Of a stretch of DNA of 64,000 bases, positions 1 to 9,045 are shown piece by piece. How positions within the stretch are numbered: the first letter of the stretch is position 1; each line of letters starts with the position of its first letter. Both the position numbers and the translations under genes were made by a program. Origin of the DNA: a virus; IMG/VR virus record IMGVR_UViG_3300024348_000005, positions 1-64,000 of that record. The stretch is one strand, 5' to 3'. The notes under the pieces were generated by a model, which worked only from the letters and a program-made list of their open reading frames with translations, made no database searches and was not told the DNA's origin.

Positions 1-477
1 CAAATCAACCCTACCTTTGCACTAACCGCAATTAGTGGTTTAACCACAACAAGTGATGTGAATGTTGGCGGAAACTTAAATGTTACAGGTACAGGTGGTA
101 ATGTTCTAACAAAAACGACAGGAACATGGACAGTACCAACCGGTGCTTCTACACAAAGTTTTACAGTAGAAAGTGGACATAGTTATTCAATGTGGGTAAA
201 TGGTAATATTCCAAATGGTATTATAACTTGGAACGCGACTGTAACAACATCAAATACAAATGTTCCGGCAGTTGGTTCTCAATATGGTTGGTATTACACA
301 CCGGGTAATGCATTAGTTTTAACTGCAATGCCTGACCAAATTATAGGAACAAATGGTAGTATTTCAAATACACCAACATCATACGTACCAAATACTTCAA
401 ATGTATTTAGTTTCGGTATAACAAATAATAGTGGAACATCACAAACAATTAATTACGGTTACACAAAATTATCATAA
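1..477 (+). CDS. 5'-truncated virion structural/tail-fibre-like protein (C-terminal part)
   Basis: Frame 1 is open from nt 1 to TAA at 477. The product is Thr/Ser/Gly/Asn-rich and beta-strand-like, so the GTG at 58 is probably internal. Confidence 0.6.
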   Translation, partial: QINPTFALTAISGLTTTSDVNVGGNLNVTGTGGNVLTKTTGTWTVPTGASTQSFTVESGHSYSMWVNGNIPNGIITWNATVTTSNTNVPAVGSQYGWYYTPGNALVLTAMPDQIIGTNGSISNTPTSYVPNTSNVFSFGITNNSGTSQTINYGYTKLS

Positions 478-488
478 TATTATAACAC

Positions 489-857
489 ATGGAATTCTTT
501 ATAAGACAAGGGTCGTCGGACCCAATATTAAAATTAAGGTTATTAGATGATGGTAAAAACGACAAATCATCATTTAATGACTTGCTTGAAAATTCTGATA
601 TTACATTTGAAATGTCGGATACAAAAACAGGGGTTCCTTATATTCTTAATAGTGAATGTTTAATCACAACAAGGAATAAAAGGTATGATCAAACAACCGA
701 TGAATATTATATCACACATAGATTTACAGAATCACAAACATCTGAAATTGGAAAATTTGAAGGGAAAATAACTGTTCAATTTTTAGACACGAACGGAAAC
801 CCAACAACAAAACTTATACTTCCGGTTAAGGAAAAATTATTCATTAATATTTTTTAA
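489..857 (+). CDS. BppU N-terminal-like (baseplate/fibre adaptor) protein
   Basis: 122 aa. The pattern MEFFIRQG..P.LK.RL ... T.EIG.FEG.I.V.F ... LP....L.I.I resembles the BppU_N beta-sandwich. Confidence 0.5.
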   Translation: MEFFIRQGSSDPILKLRLLDDGKNDKSSFNDLLENSDITFEMSDTKTGVPYILNSECLITTRNKRYDQTTDEYYITHRFTESQTSEIGKFEGKITVQFLDTNGNPTTKLILPVKEKLFINIF

Positions 858-948
858 TTACCCATTTTTTTTCTTATATTTATAAATGTAACAAGGCAAA
901 CTGTGGATTTTCCACAAGAAAATACGTCACATTTAAAAAAATCATAAG

Positions 949-3846
949 ATGAAAGAAGTTATCTCTCAGGAAGTTATCGAAAACTTCCTTAACGGTGGTG
1001 ACCCAGAAGAATTCATTGTCGGAGTTGAATACGACTACCCCACCAACACAATTTACAAAATAATTCAAGACCCTGAAAAGGGAAAAATCATTAAATCAGA
1101 TTCATTTACTCCATTTATGTGGGTTGGTGATTTAACGGATTTAAATTTTTATAACAATTCCAAAGCCATGCAAAAAAGACGTATGGGTGAGTTTGGAATT
1201 ATCATTGAGAAGTTAGAAACTCATGGTGATGAAAGACTTGAATCTGGTATGAAATTCTTAGTTAAAAGTATTAAATCATATACCGATTTGATTTCATTTT
1301 TTAGAATGGGTGGTTTAAATCCATGGGACGAAAAAGTTAGACATAATTTTACCGTTTTATCACCAGTGGAACAATATCTTGTTCAAACTAAAAAAAGATT
1401 ATTTAAGGGTATTGATGAATATTCAGGTGTTAATAGATTTGTATTTGATATTGAGACCACAGGTCTTGACCCTGAAACTTGTATTATCATATTGATTGGG
1501 GTTAAAGATAATCGTGGTTTAAACATAACAATTCCGGCCTTTGGGGAAGATGGTGAAAAAAAATGTATTGAGAGATTTTTTCAATATATAAAGGATTTAA
1601 AGCCAACAATTATTTCAGGATATAACTCCGCATTTTTCGATTGGCCATTCATATTAAAACGAGCTCAAATTCTTGGTGTGGATGTTAATGGACTTACTCA
1701 AATCTTTACTACTCAAGGTATTAAAGAAAAAGAAGGAATGTTAAAACTTGCCAATGAGGTTGAACCTTATACACAACATGTTATATGGGGGTTCAATATT
1801 ATTGATATTGCTCATTCGGTTAGAAGAGCACAGGCAATTAACTCAGAGATTAAATCGTGGGGTTTGAAATACATTACAACATATTTGGAGAAAGAAAAAC
1901 CTAATCGTGTGTACGTTGAGGGTAGTAAAATATCTAAAATTTATTTGGATAATGAAAGTTACTATGTAAATCCTAAGACGGGAAATTACAAACAAATAGG
2001 AGAACCCGGTACAGAAGATTTATTAAAAAAATATCCAGGTAAATTTGAAATATGGCCAGGTAGAAAAATTGTAGAACAATATCTTGACGATGACTTGTAT
2101 GAAACTATGATTGTGGACGATTCATTCTCCCAATCAACATTCTTACTTTCTAAATTGGTACCGACAACCTATGAAAGAATTTCAACAATGGGTACGGCAA
2201 CATTATGGAAGATTATAATGTTAGCATGGTCGTATGAAAATAATTTAGCAATTCCATCTAAAGACGCGAAACGAGCATTTACTGGTGGATTATCTCGTTT
2301 ATTAAATGTTGGTTATGCAAAGAACATTGTTAAGTTTGACTACTCATCACTCTATCCGTCAATTCAATTGGTATATGATGTGTTTCCCGCGTGTGATGTT
2401 ATGGGTGTACAAAAATCGATGTTAAAATATTTCCGTAATATTCGTATTAAATACAAACATTTAGCCGGTGAACTAAAAGATAGTGACCCTGTTGCTGCGG
2501 AAATGTATGACCGTAAACAATTACCAATTAAGATTTTTATTAACGCATATTTTGGTTCATTGTCTGCACCTCACGTGTTCCCATGGGGAGAAATGGATTC
2601 GGGTGAAACTATTACTTGTATTGGTCGTCAGTGTTTACGTATGATGATTATGTTCTACATGAAGAAGGGTTATAAACCACTTGTAATGGACACGGATGGT
2701 GTTAACTTTGAAACACCTGATAGTGCTAAAGATGATGTTTATATTGGTAAGGGTTTAAATGAATTAGTAACCGAAGGAAAAGAATATAAAGGTATTGAAG
2801 CACACACTGCGGAGTTTAATGATATATTCATGAGAAATGAAATGGGTTTAGATATTGATTATACCGCTCCATCTTGTATAAATGTTTCTCGTAAAAATTA
2901 CATTATTAAATTAATTAAGAAAGGTAAAGAAAAAATTAAATTAACAGGTAACACAATTAAATCTAAAAAATTACAGACATATGTCGTTGAATTCTTAGAT
3001 GAGGGATTTAAATATTTGTTAAATGGTGATGGACATTCATTTGTGGAATTATACTATGATTATGTTGAGAAAATTTATAACAAGGAAATACCATTATCAA
3101 AAATAGCAAATAAGGCTCGTGTTAAACAAGGTATTAATGATTATAAAAAATATGTAACCAAAACAACAAAGGCGGGTTCATTAATGTCAAGACAAGCACA
3201 TATGGAATTAATCATATTAAATGATTATCCTGCCGGTTTGGGTGATACAATTTATTACATTAATAATGGTACAAAAAAATCTTCTGGTGATGTTCAAAAA
3301 ATAACAAAACCAACAAAGAAACAACAAGAAGAATTTACCGCAAAAAATGGGTATCCAATGCCAGACGGTTATATTGAAGTTAATTGTTACATGATTGACG
3401 AAAAAGAAATTACAAATAATCCTGATTTAAAAGGTGATTATAATGTTTCTCGTTATCTTAATAATTTTAATAAAAGAGTGGAACCTTTATTAGTTGCTTT
3501 TAATCCGAATATTCGTGAAGATATATTAGTGGAGGACCCAAAGGATAGACAATATTTTACCAAATCACAATGTGAACTTGTTAATGGTTATCCATTAAAA
3601 GAAGGTGGTCAAGATAAATTCGATGAAGTTATGACTTTATCTGATAGTGAAGTTATATTTTGGAATAGAGTACAAAGAGACCCTTACTTTATGTATGTGG
3701 AAGATAGTTTAAAATTGGTTGACCAACATTGGGTTGAACACAATAGAAAGGTAGTAAATCTACAAGCGGAAAGTACTATCAGTAATGAAGATGAGATTAT
3801 TGAAAATAATAATCATGATTACGCTTATCACGCCATTGAGGTTTAA
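949..3846 (+). CDS. Family B DNA polymerase (T4 gp43-like) with 3'-5' exonuclease
   Basis: ExoI FDIETTG, ExoII GYNSAFFDWPFI, ExoIII YLDDD, motif A FDYSSLYPSI, motif B KIFINAYFG, motif C MDTDG. Confidence 0.95.
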   Translation: MKEVISQEVIENFLNGGDPEEFIVGVEYDYPTNTIYKIIQDPEKGKIIKSDSFTPFMWVGDLTDLNFYNNSKAMQKRRMGEFGIIIEKLETHGDERLESGMKFLVKSIKSYTDLISFFRMGGLNPWDEKVRHNFTVLSPVEQYLVQTKKRLFKGIDEYSGVNRFVFDIETTGLDPETCIIILIGVKDNRGLNITIPAFGEDGEKKCIERFFQYIKDLKPTIISGYNSAFFDWPFILKRAQILGVDVNGLTQIFTTQGIKEKEGMLKLANEVEPYTQHVIWGFNIIDIAHSVRRAQAINSEIKSWGLKYITTYLEKEKPNRVYVEGSKISKIYLDNESYYVNPKTGNYKQIGEPGTEDLLKKYPGKFEIWPGRKIVEQYLDDDLYETMIVDDSFSQSTFLLSKLVPTTYERISTMGTATLWKIIMLAWSYENNLAIPSKDAKRAFTGGLSRLLNVGYAKNIVKFDYSSLYPSIQLVYDVFPACDVMGVQKSMLKYFRNIRIKYKHLAGELKDSDPVAAEMYDRKQLPIKIFINAYFGSLSAPHVFPWGEMDSGETITCIGRQCLRMMIMFYMKKGYKPLVMDTDGVNFETPDSAKDDVYIGKGLNELVTEGKEYKGIEAHTAEFNDIFMRNEMGLDIDYTAPSCINVSRKNYIIKLIKKGKEKIKLTGNTIKSKKLQTYVVEFLDEGFKYLLNGDGHSFVELYYDYVEKIYNKEIPLSKIANKARVKQGINDYKKYVTKTTKAGSLMSRQAHMELIILNDYPAGLGDTIYYINNGTKKSSGDVQKITKPTKKQQEEFTAKNGYPMPDGYIEVNCYMIDEKEITNNPDLKGDYNVSRYLNNFNKRVEPLLVAFNPNIREDILVEDPKDRQYFTKSQCELVNGYPLKEGGQDKFDEVMTLSDSEVIFWNRVQRDPYFMYVEDSLKLVDQHWVEHNRKVVNLQAESTISNEDEIIENNNHDYAYHAIEV

Positions 3847-4961
3847 ATAACAACAATAGGTGCTGGCATTGCTCTAAACTTCAGAGACTTATTTAAATTC
3901 TCCGCTTCGTTAGCCTTTCTTTCAAGGATTTTATCGGGGCGGAGTCTTTCAAGTCTTTGCATTAATTCCTCAACTAATTTAGATTTTTCATCTTTAGCTT
4001 CAGTTAATAATGAAGAGTAATCTAATTTAACAGAACTGTCAGGTACTTGTAAATCACCTGAGAATTTACCCCATATTCTTGCAAGACCTTCTTTTGAAAA
4101 TGCAATCAAATATTTTCTAACCCAGTTTTGTGCTGGCTTATTCAACGAATCCCAAGTTAATTGTTCCGTTTCAACATCGGACGGTAATTTAATAACATCT
4201 TTATTTTTATCTAAACAAGTATCTCTATCTGTGGTATCATAATACCAATACCAAACTTGGTAATTATTACTAGTAATAGAACCAAAATCAAATTTACCAC
4301 CGGGTACATTATGAAGATGTACTAATTTAGTACCATTAGGACCTGCAGTAATTCTATATGTTAATTCACCACCAATAAGACGGTTTTTTATATTTCTATC
4401 CTGCATTCTCAATAATAAATCAAATGCTGGTAACATGAAATATGAACCAGATGCACCAACTTGAGCAAATCCACCAACACCACCAAAACCAACACCACCA
4501 AGACCTCCAAATCCACCGATAAATGGATCTACAATTGAATCTGTTAATTCTGCTCTTGTGAACCATAATAACTCATTAATCTCACGTCCTGCGGGAATTT
4601 CATATGTTTGGGTTCCTCCGGTAAGTGTTATGTAATCTTTTTTCATTTCATTATCACCACCAGCTTGTAAACCTACAATTTTTGAATAGGCGTATGTGTA
4701 TTGAGTCTCGTAATCAATACTTCTTGTTGTAAACGCTCTTGTTAATGATTGTGTGTCCACATTTAATCCGGCCAATGCTGACCATTGTGATTCTATTAAC
4801 CAATCTGATACATATTGTTCATATTCAGATAAGGATAACTCCATAAAGGTGTCCATCTGTTCTTCGGTTAATTCAATTCCACGAACAGGCATACCTAAAA
4901 GGTGCATTACCTGTGTATATAATTTTTCTTTTTCTGGTTGTGAAATGATAGTTGCTGCCAT
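3843..4961 (-). CDS. Neck protein (T4 gp13-like head-tail adaptor)
   Basis: N-terminal LLGMPVRGIELTEEQMD..MELSL.EY and C-terminal NWVRKYLIAFSKE.L.RIWGKFSG.L.VP...V.LD match the gp13 family pattern. Confidence 0.8.
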   Translation of the reverse strand: MAATIISQPEKEKLYTQVMHLLGMPVRGIELTEEQMDTFMELSLSEYEQYVSDWLIESQWSALAGLNVDTQSLTRAFTTRSIDYETQYTYAYSKIVGLQAGGDNEMKKDYITLTGGTQTYEIPAGREINELLWFTRAELTDSIVDPFIGGFGGLGGVGFGGVGGFAQVGASGSYFMLPAFDLLLRMQDRNIKNRLIGGELTYRITAGPNGTKLVHLHNVPGGKFDFGSITSNNYQVWYWYYDTTDRDTCLDKNKDVIKLPSDVETEQLTWDSLNKPAQNWVRKYLIAFSKEGLARIWGKFSGDLQVPDSSVKLDYSSLLTEAKDEKSKLVEELMQRLERLRPDKILERKANEAENLNKSLKFRAMPAPIVVI

Positions 4962-4999
4962 ATTTGATTTATTCCTATAAATACTTTATATTTAGGATT

Positions 5000-5209
5000 A
5001 TGACCATATCTGATAAACTTAATCATCTGTTTACTATATGTGGAATCAACGATTTCGAGTTCGTCTTTCAAAAAGAGGGGGATAAAAACTATGTTGATTT
5101 TTCCACATCCCCAAACAAAAAAATAGTAATAAACATTATTAACGAGGAAGATAAAGAATTAGAAAATCTTTTAACCAATAAAATTAACGAATTAGAGGAG
5201 TTGTTTTAA
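5000..5209 (+). CDS. Hypothetical protein (69 aa)
   Basis: Open frame from ATG at 5000 fills the gap between two minus-strand genes. Composition is protein-like; no motif recognised. Confidence 0.5.
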   Translation: MTISDKLNHLFTICGINDFEFVFQKEGDKNYVDFSTSPNKKIVINIINEEDKELENLLTNKINELEELF

Positions 5210-6943
5210 TAAATCCTTACTAAAGGATTCCGAATATTCACCATCACCCATTACTTGGTCAATGATACCCTTTTTCTTTTGTAAGATATTATAAATAATC
5301 TTTTCAACGGTATTTTCAAATACAGGATAGTAAACCAAAACACTATTTTTTTGTCCGTATCTATATGCTCGGTCTTCCCCTTGTGAATGGTCGGCTGGAA
5401 CAAATGATAAGTCATTCATAATAACAACTTCAGCTGCGGTTAATGTAATACCAACACCGGCAGCTTTAATATTACCAATGAATACTTTTATTTTATCGTC
5501 GTTTTGGAATCTATCTACATTTTCTTGACGTCTATCTTTATTCATTCGACCATCAAGTGTAACAGAGTTCTTTTTATATTTTTCGTGTAACATATCAAGA
5601 CTCATTGTAAAGTTTGTAAATACAATTACCTTTTTACCTTGTTCTAAACATTTATCAATTAACTCACAAGTGTATGAAATTTTTTCATATGCAATAAGTT
5701 GTCGAATTTTCATTAACCGATTTAATGTTACAGTAATAGTTTCGTCATTTTTCTTATCATTACTAATACGTGTAAATTCTTCTAACTCTTCATCGTACAT
5801 CTTGCTTGTTAATTCAACAAACACCGGTGTCACAATTTTTTCAGGTAAATCAAGAATGTCAGTTTTCATTCTACGAAGAACAAGATTTTTAGTTCGTTCA
5901 CGAAGTTCATCTAAATTACTTGCTCCACTTGTATTCCAAACTTTACGATTACCAACATTGAATTGATACCCCTTACAATATCTACGAACATACGCTTGCC
6001 AATTTAATGCTAATGGTGACTCAACAATCTTTAATAAATTGAAATAATTTATTGGTCTTGATGTCATCGGTGTACCAGTTAATAACCAAACTTTTGGTAT
6101 GGTCTCAAGAACATCATTTAATAGACGAGTTCTGTTTGCGGTTGCGTTTGAAATGTAGTGAGCCTCATCTACGATTGCCAAGTCAAAATTGGCATTAACC
6201 AATAATTTATAATCGTCGCTATCTTCACTCTTGTCTGTAGTGTGGTAGTTTTTAATAATATCATAATTAATAATGTAGAAATCAAAAGTAGAACCCCATT
6301 TACGTCCTTCGACAATTAAAACTTTTCTGTCCGAATAGTTTTTTATTTCCCTCTGCCAATTTATTTTTAGAGATGCGGGACACACTATAAGTATCTTCCT
6401 TGCTTTACTTTCCAATGATGCAATTATTGCGGACGTGGTTTTACCTAAACCCATATCATCTGCCAATATAAATTTATCATTCGCTAATAATTTTTCAACC
6501 GCAATTTTTTGGTGTTCCATTGGCGGTCTTGTACTATATGGAGAATAATCGATAACTCTATTTAATTTCTTTTCCTCTTGTACTATCGCCGACTTAGGTA
6601 ACCACATTGCATTTAATTGGTCACTTTCTAAAACCTTACCCCATATGTGGAACGCTTTATCCGATTCACATAATAATTTTTCACACCAAATTTTAGTTGG
6701 TGGTATAGGAAGTAATCTTTCTTCCATTATCTTCTCACCAAATGTACTAACTATATTGATGTGTTTTCTTGCAACTTTTGGGGTGACGTCTTTAAATTTA
6801 AAAACATACTCTGATTGAGGTCTTGTTAATTTAAAATTTTTAACCTCAACAAACTTTCTTTTCCATTCCAATAATTGATTATTAGAACCCTCATATGTCG
6901 ATAAAATGTTACGAGCCTCAACTTCGGGAATTTTTGTTTCCAT
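5192..6943 (-). CDS. SNF2-family (HARP/SMARCAL1-like) helicase/translocase
   Basis: ILADDMGLGKT, IVCPASLKINW, DEAH, LLTGTP, AAGVGITLT, QGEDRAYRYGQ. Confidence 0.93.
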   Translation of the reverse strand: METKIPEVEARNILSTYEGSNNQLLEWKRKFVEVKNFKLTRPQSEYVFKFKDVTPKVARKHINIVSTFGEKIMEERLLPIPPTKIWCEKLLCESDKAFHIWGKVLESDQLNAMWLPKSAIVQEEKKLNRVIDYSPYSTRPPMEHQKIAVEKLLANDKFILADDMGLGKTTSAIIASLESKARKILIVCPASLKINWQREIKNYSDRKVLIVEGRKWGSTFDFYIINYDIIKNYHTTDKSEDSDDYKLLVNANFDLAIVDEAHYISNATANRTRLLNDVLETIPKVWLLTGTPMTSRPINYFNLLKIVESPLALNWQAYVRRYCKGYQFNVGNRKVWNTSGASNLDELRERTKNLVLRRMKTDILDLPEKIVTPVFVELTSKMYDEELEEFTRISNDKKNDETITVTLNRLMKIRQLIAYEKISYTCELIDKCLEQGKKVIVFTNFTMSLDMLHEKYKKNSVTLDGRMNKDRRQENVDRFQNDDKIKVFIGNIKAAGVGITLTAAEVVIMNDLSFVPADHSQGEDRAYRYGQKNSVLVYYPVFENTVEKIIYNILQKKKGIIDQVMGDGEYSESFSKDLLKQLL

Positions 6944-6996
6944 AATATAATATAATATAACTAAATAGATTGTAACATTAAACTATTTATTAGGAT

Positions 6997-7509
6997 ATGA
7001 ATAATAAGGTCCCAATTACAAGACTTAGTAAATTCTTCTCACAGGATGATTTTGACATCAATATACAAATGGGTCAAGAGTATCTTCACGGGGATTTAAA
7101 TATGAAATTAGTACTTTATCGTGTTGATAGACAAAACACGGTAACGGACGACATTTATGCCGAAGTGGGAAAAGACCAAGTGAAATATCTACCTCCAATT
7201 GAATTTAATGCGTTGGTTAAAATAGATGAACCCAAAAACTCATCATATAAAAATGGGTTAAATCGTTACGCCGAGCCGGGTAATTTAACATTATCCGTTT
7301 ATATTACTCACTTGGAAGAGTTAAAAATTGATATTAGATATGGTGATTTTATTGGATATTCAGACAGTGAAGAAAAATTAAGATATTACACAGTGTCAAA
7401 TGATGGAAGAGTAACATCCGATAATAAACATAAAATGTTTGGTTTCAAACCTCATTATAGAACCATAACATGTGTACCGGCACAGGAATCCGAATTTAGA
7501 GGCGTATAA
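6997..7509 (+). CDS. Neck/head-closure protein (T4 gp14-like)
   Basis: 170 aa with DDIYAE...Y..PIEF and ...GDFI... head-closure pattern; lies between gp13-like and gp15-like genes; late motif upstream. Confidence 0.6.
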   Translation: MNNKVPITRLSKFFSQDDFDINIQMGQEYLHGDLNMKLVLYRVDRQNTVTDDIYAEVGKDQVKYLPPIEFNALVKIDEPKNSSYKNGLNRYAEPGNLTLSVYITHLEELKIDIRYGDFIGYSDSEEKLRYYTVSNDGRVTSDNKHKMFGFKPHYRTITCVPAQESEFRGV

Positions 7510-7510
7510 T

Positions 7511-8764
7511 ATGGGTGTACCTAAAAGAAAAAATAATATAGATGTATACGGAGGTGGGGAAACCTATCAAGGTAAACAGGTAATTGAGAGAAGACAAGAG
7601 TTATTAGATAGGATAACTAAATCAGACTCATACTTACCTGATTCTATATTACATGAGGATTTAGATGGGGGAATGTTGGACTTTGTTAAAACTAATTTTA
7701 AGGTGGTTAGTGACGGTAATACAATTCCTATTATACCGAGAATATTGACAATACAAAGATGGGGAGAGTTTTCAAATAATTGGGAATTCTCAGATGACGA
7801 CGGTAATATGAAATTACCTTTTGTTTCTGTTGTTAGAAGACCGGAGGTTCAACCCGGAACTAATCCCGTTGTACAAAGAACCATACCTGATAGAAGTACC
7901 TTTTATTATGCCTCGGTACCAACTTGGAATGGTAATCAATTAGGTGCGGACGTTTATAAAATGCCACAACCTGTCGCTATTGATATCACATATGAAATTA
8001 ATATTGTATGTACTAAAATTAGAGATTTAAATAAATTCAATAAAATCGTTTTACAAAAATTCTCATCTAGACAAGCGTACACCACCGTTAAGGGTCACTA
8101 TGTTCCATTAATATTGGATAGTATTGAGGATAATACACCAATGGAACTTATAGATGGTCGTAGATTTTATTTACAAAACTATAAATTTACAATGTTAGGT
8201 TTCCTTATTGATTCAGAAGAATTTGAGGTAAAACCGGCCATTAGTAGAATGATATTATTAAATGAATTCATTGAACCGAAGGGTTACCAAAAGAAATTTG
8301 TTAATAAAATTATTGATATTACAGTAATGTCATTTACTGGTGATGGAATGCAAACTCAATTTAGTGTTGGTGAAAGTATTGGTATTTTATTTAATGTTTC
8401 TGTTAACGGTCTATTACAGGAAAGAGATGTTGATTATTTTCATGTTTCTACCACATCAAAAATTACCTTTAGTTCTCCTCCATTAGAAGGTAGTACTATT
8501 ATCATAACTTATTATAAAGGAAGAAATAATATCATTGTTGACACTTACGGTAAGACAATTCAAGTTTCGACAGAATATTACACATACAATGGTAGTTCTT
8601 TATCGTTTACTTTGTTAAATTCAATAGACGCGATTGTTACCTTAGACATCAACGGTCTTGTAGAAGAGGAGGGTGAGGGATTTGATATTACAGGTTCTAA
8701 TGTGGTAACAATATTAGGTGTACCTGTTATTGGTTCAGTAATTGGTATTACATACTTACACTAA
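7511..8764 (+). CDS. Tail terminator/completion protein (T4 gp15-like) with two C-terminal beta-sandwich repeats
   Basis: MKLPFVSVVR, PQPVAIDITYEINI and F.M.GFL are gp15-like. The C-terminus holds two ~75 aa repeats (F.GDG....F / V.VNGL.Q..G.D.....ITF..PP..GS.I.ITY). ATG at 7511 is preferred as start. Confidence 0.7.
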   Translation: MGVPKRKNNIDVYGGGETYQGKQVIERRQELLDRITKSDSYLPDSILHEDLDGGMLDFVKTNFKVVSDGNTIPIIPRILTIQRWGEFSNNWEFSDDDGNMKLPFVSVVRRPEVQPGTNPVVQRTIPDRSTFYYASVPTWNGNQLGADVYKMPQPVAIDITYEINIVCTKIRDLNKFNKIVLQKFSSRQAYTTVKGHYVPLILDSIEDNTPMELIDGRRFYLQNYKFTMLGFLIDSEEFEVKPAISRMILLNEFIEPKGYQKKFVNKIIDITVMSFTGDGMQTQFSVGESIGILFNVSVNGLLQERDVDYFHVSTTSKITFSSPPLEGSTIIITYYKGRNNIIVDTYGKTIQVSTEYYTYNGSSLSFTLLNSIDAIVTLDINGLVEEEGEGFDITGSNVVTILGVPVIGSVIGITYLH

Positions 8765-8919
8765 CTTTCACCGTAAATGTCTTTCTTTTTAGGTTTACAA
8801 GTGTCCTCTATAAATTTTTCTAAGACTTTATAGATTTTTAATCCACTTTTTTCACAATGTATTTTTAACATTTCGTGGTGTTTATCACTGATTTTTACGT
8901 TTTTCTGTTTGTTTTCCAT
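8761..8919 (-). CDS. Small ribbon-helix-helix DNA-binding protein (52 aa, not in ORF track)
   Basis: Hand translation: MENKQKNVKISDKHHEMLKIHCEKSGLKIYKVLEKFIEDTCKPKKKDIYGES. Strand KNVKI, helix, SG turn, helix gives an RHH pattern. Confidence 0.7.
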   Translation of the reverse strand: MENKQKNVKISDKHHEMLKIHCEKSGLKIYKVLEKFIEDTCKPKKKDIYGES

Positions 8920-9045
8920 ATAGAAGGATAATAAAAGATAATAAAAGATATAAATATATCTTTTTTAAAAAAGTAGGGAAATCTTTGGTAAAAACAAAGA
9001 TATTTATTAGATAACTAATAAAAAAAATTAACCAAACAAAAATCG

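Noticed and set aside
893-930. c-di-GMP-I riboswitch (GGCAAAC) or DnaA box (TTTTCCACA) upstream of pol
   Set aside because: The GNRA loop, GACGCAAAGC and P2 elements are missing; a single DnaA-like 9-mer inside a hairpin is not enough.
2515-2700. Polymerase motif variants NAYFG and MDTDG as a sign of modified-base replication
   Set aside because: The catalytic Asp/Lys/Asn residues are intact and no base-modification genes are in the window; there is no support beyond divergence.
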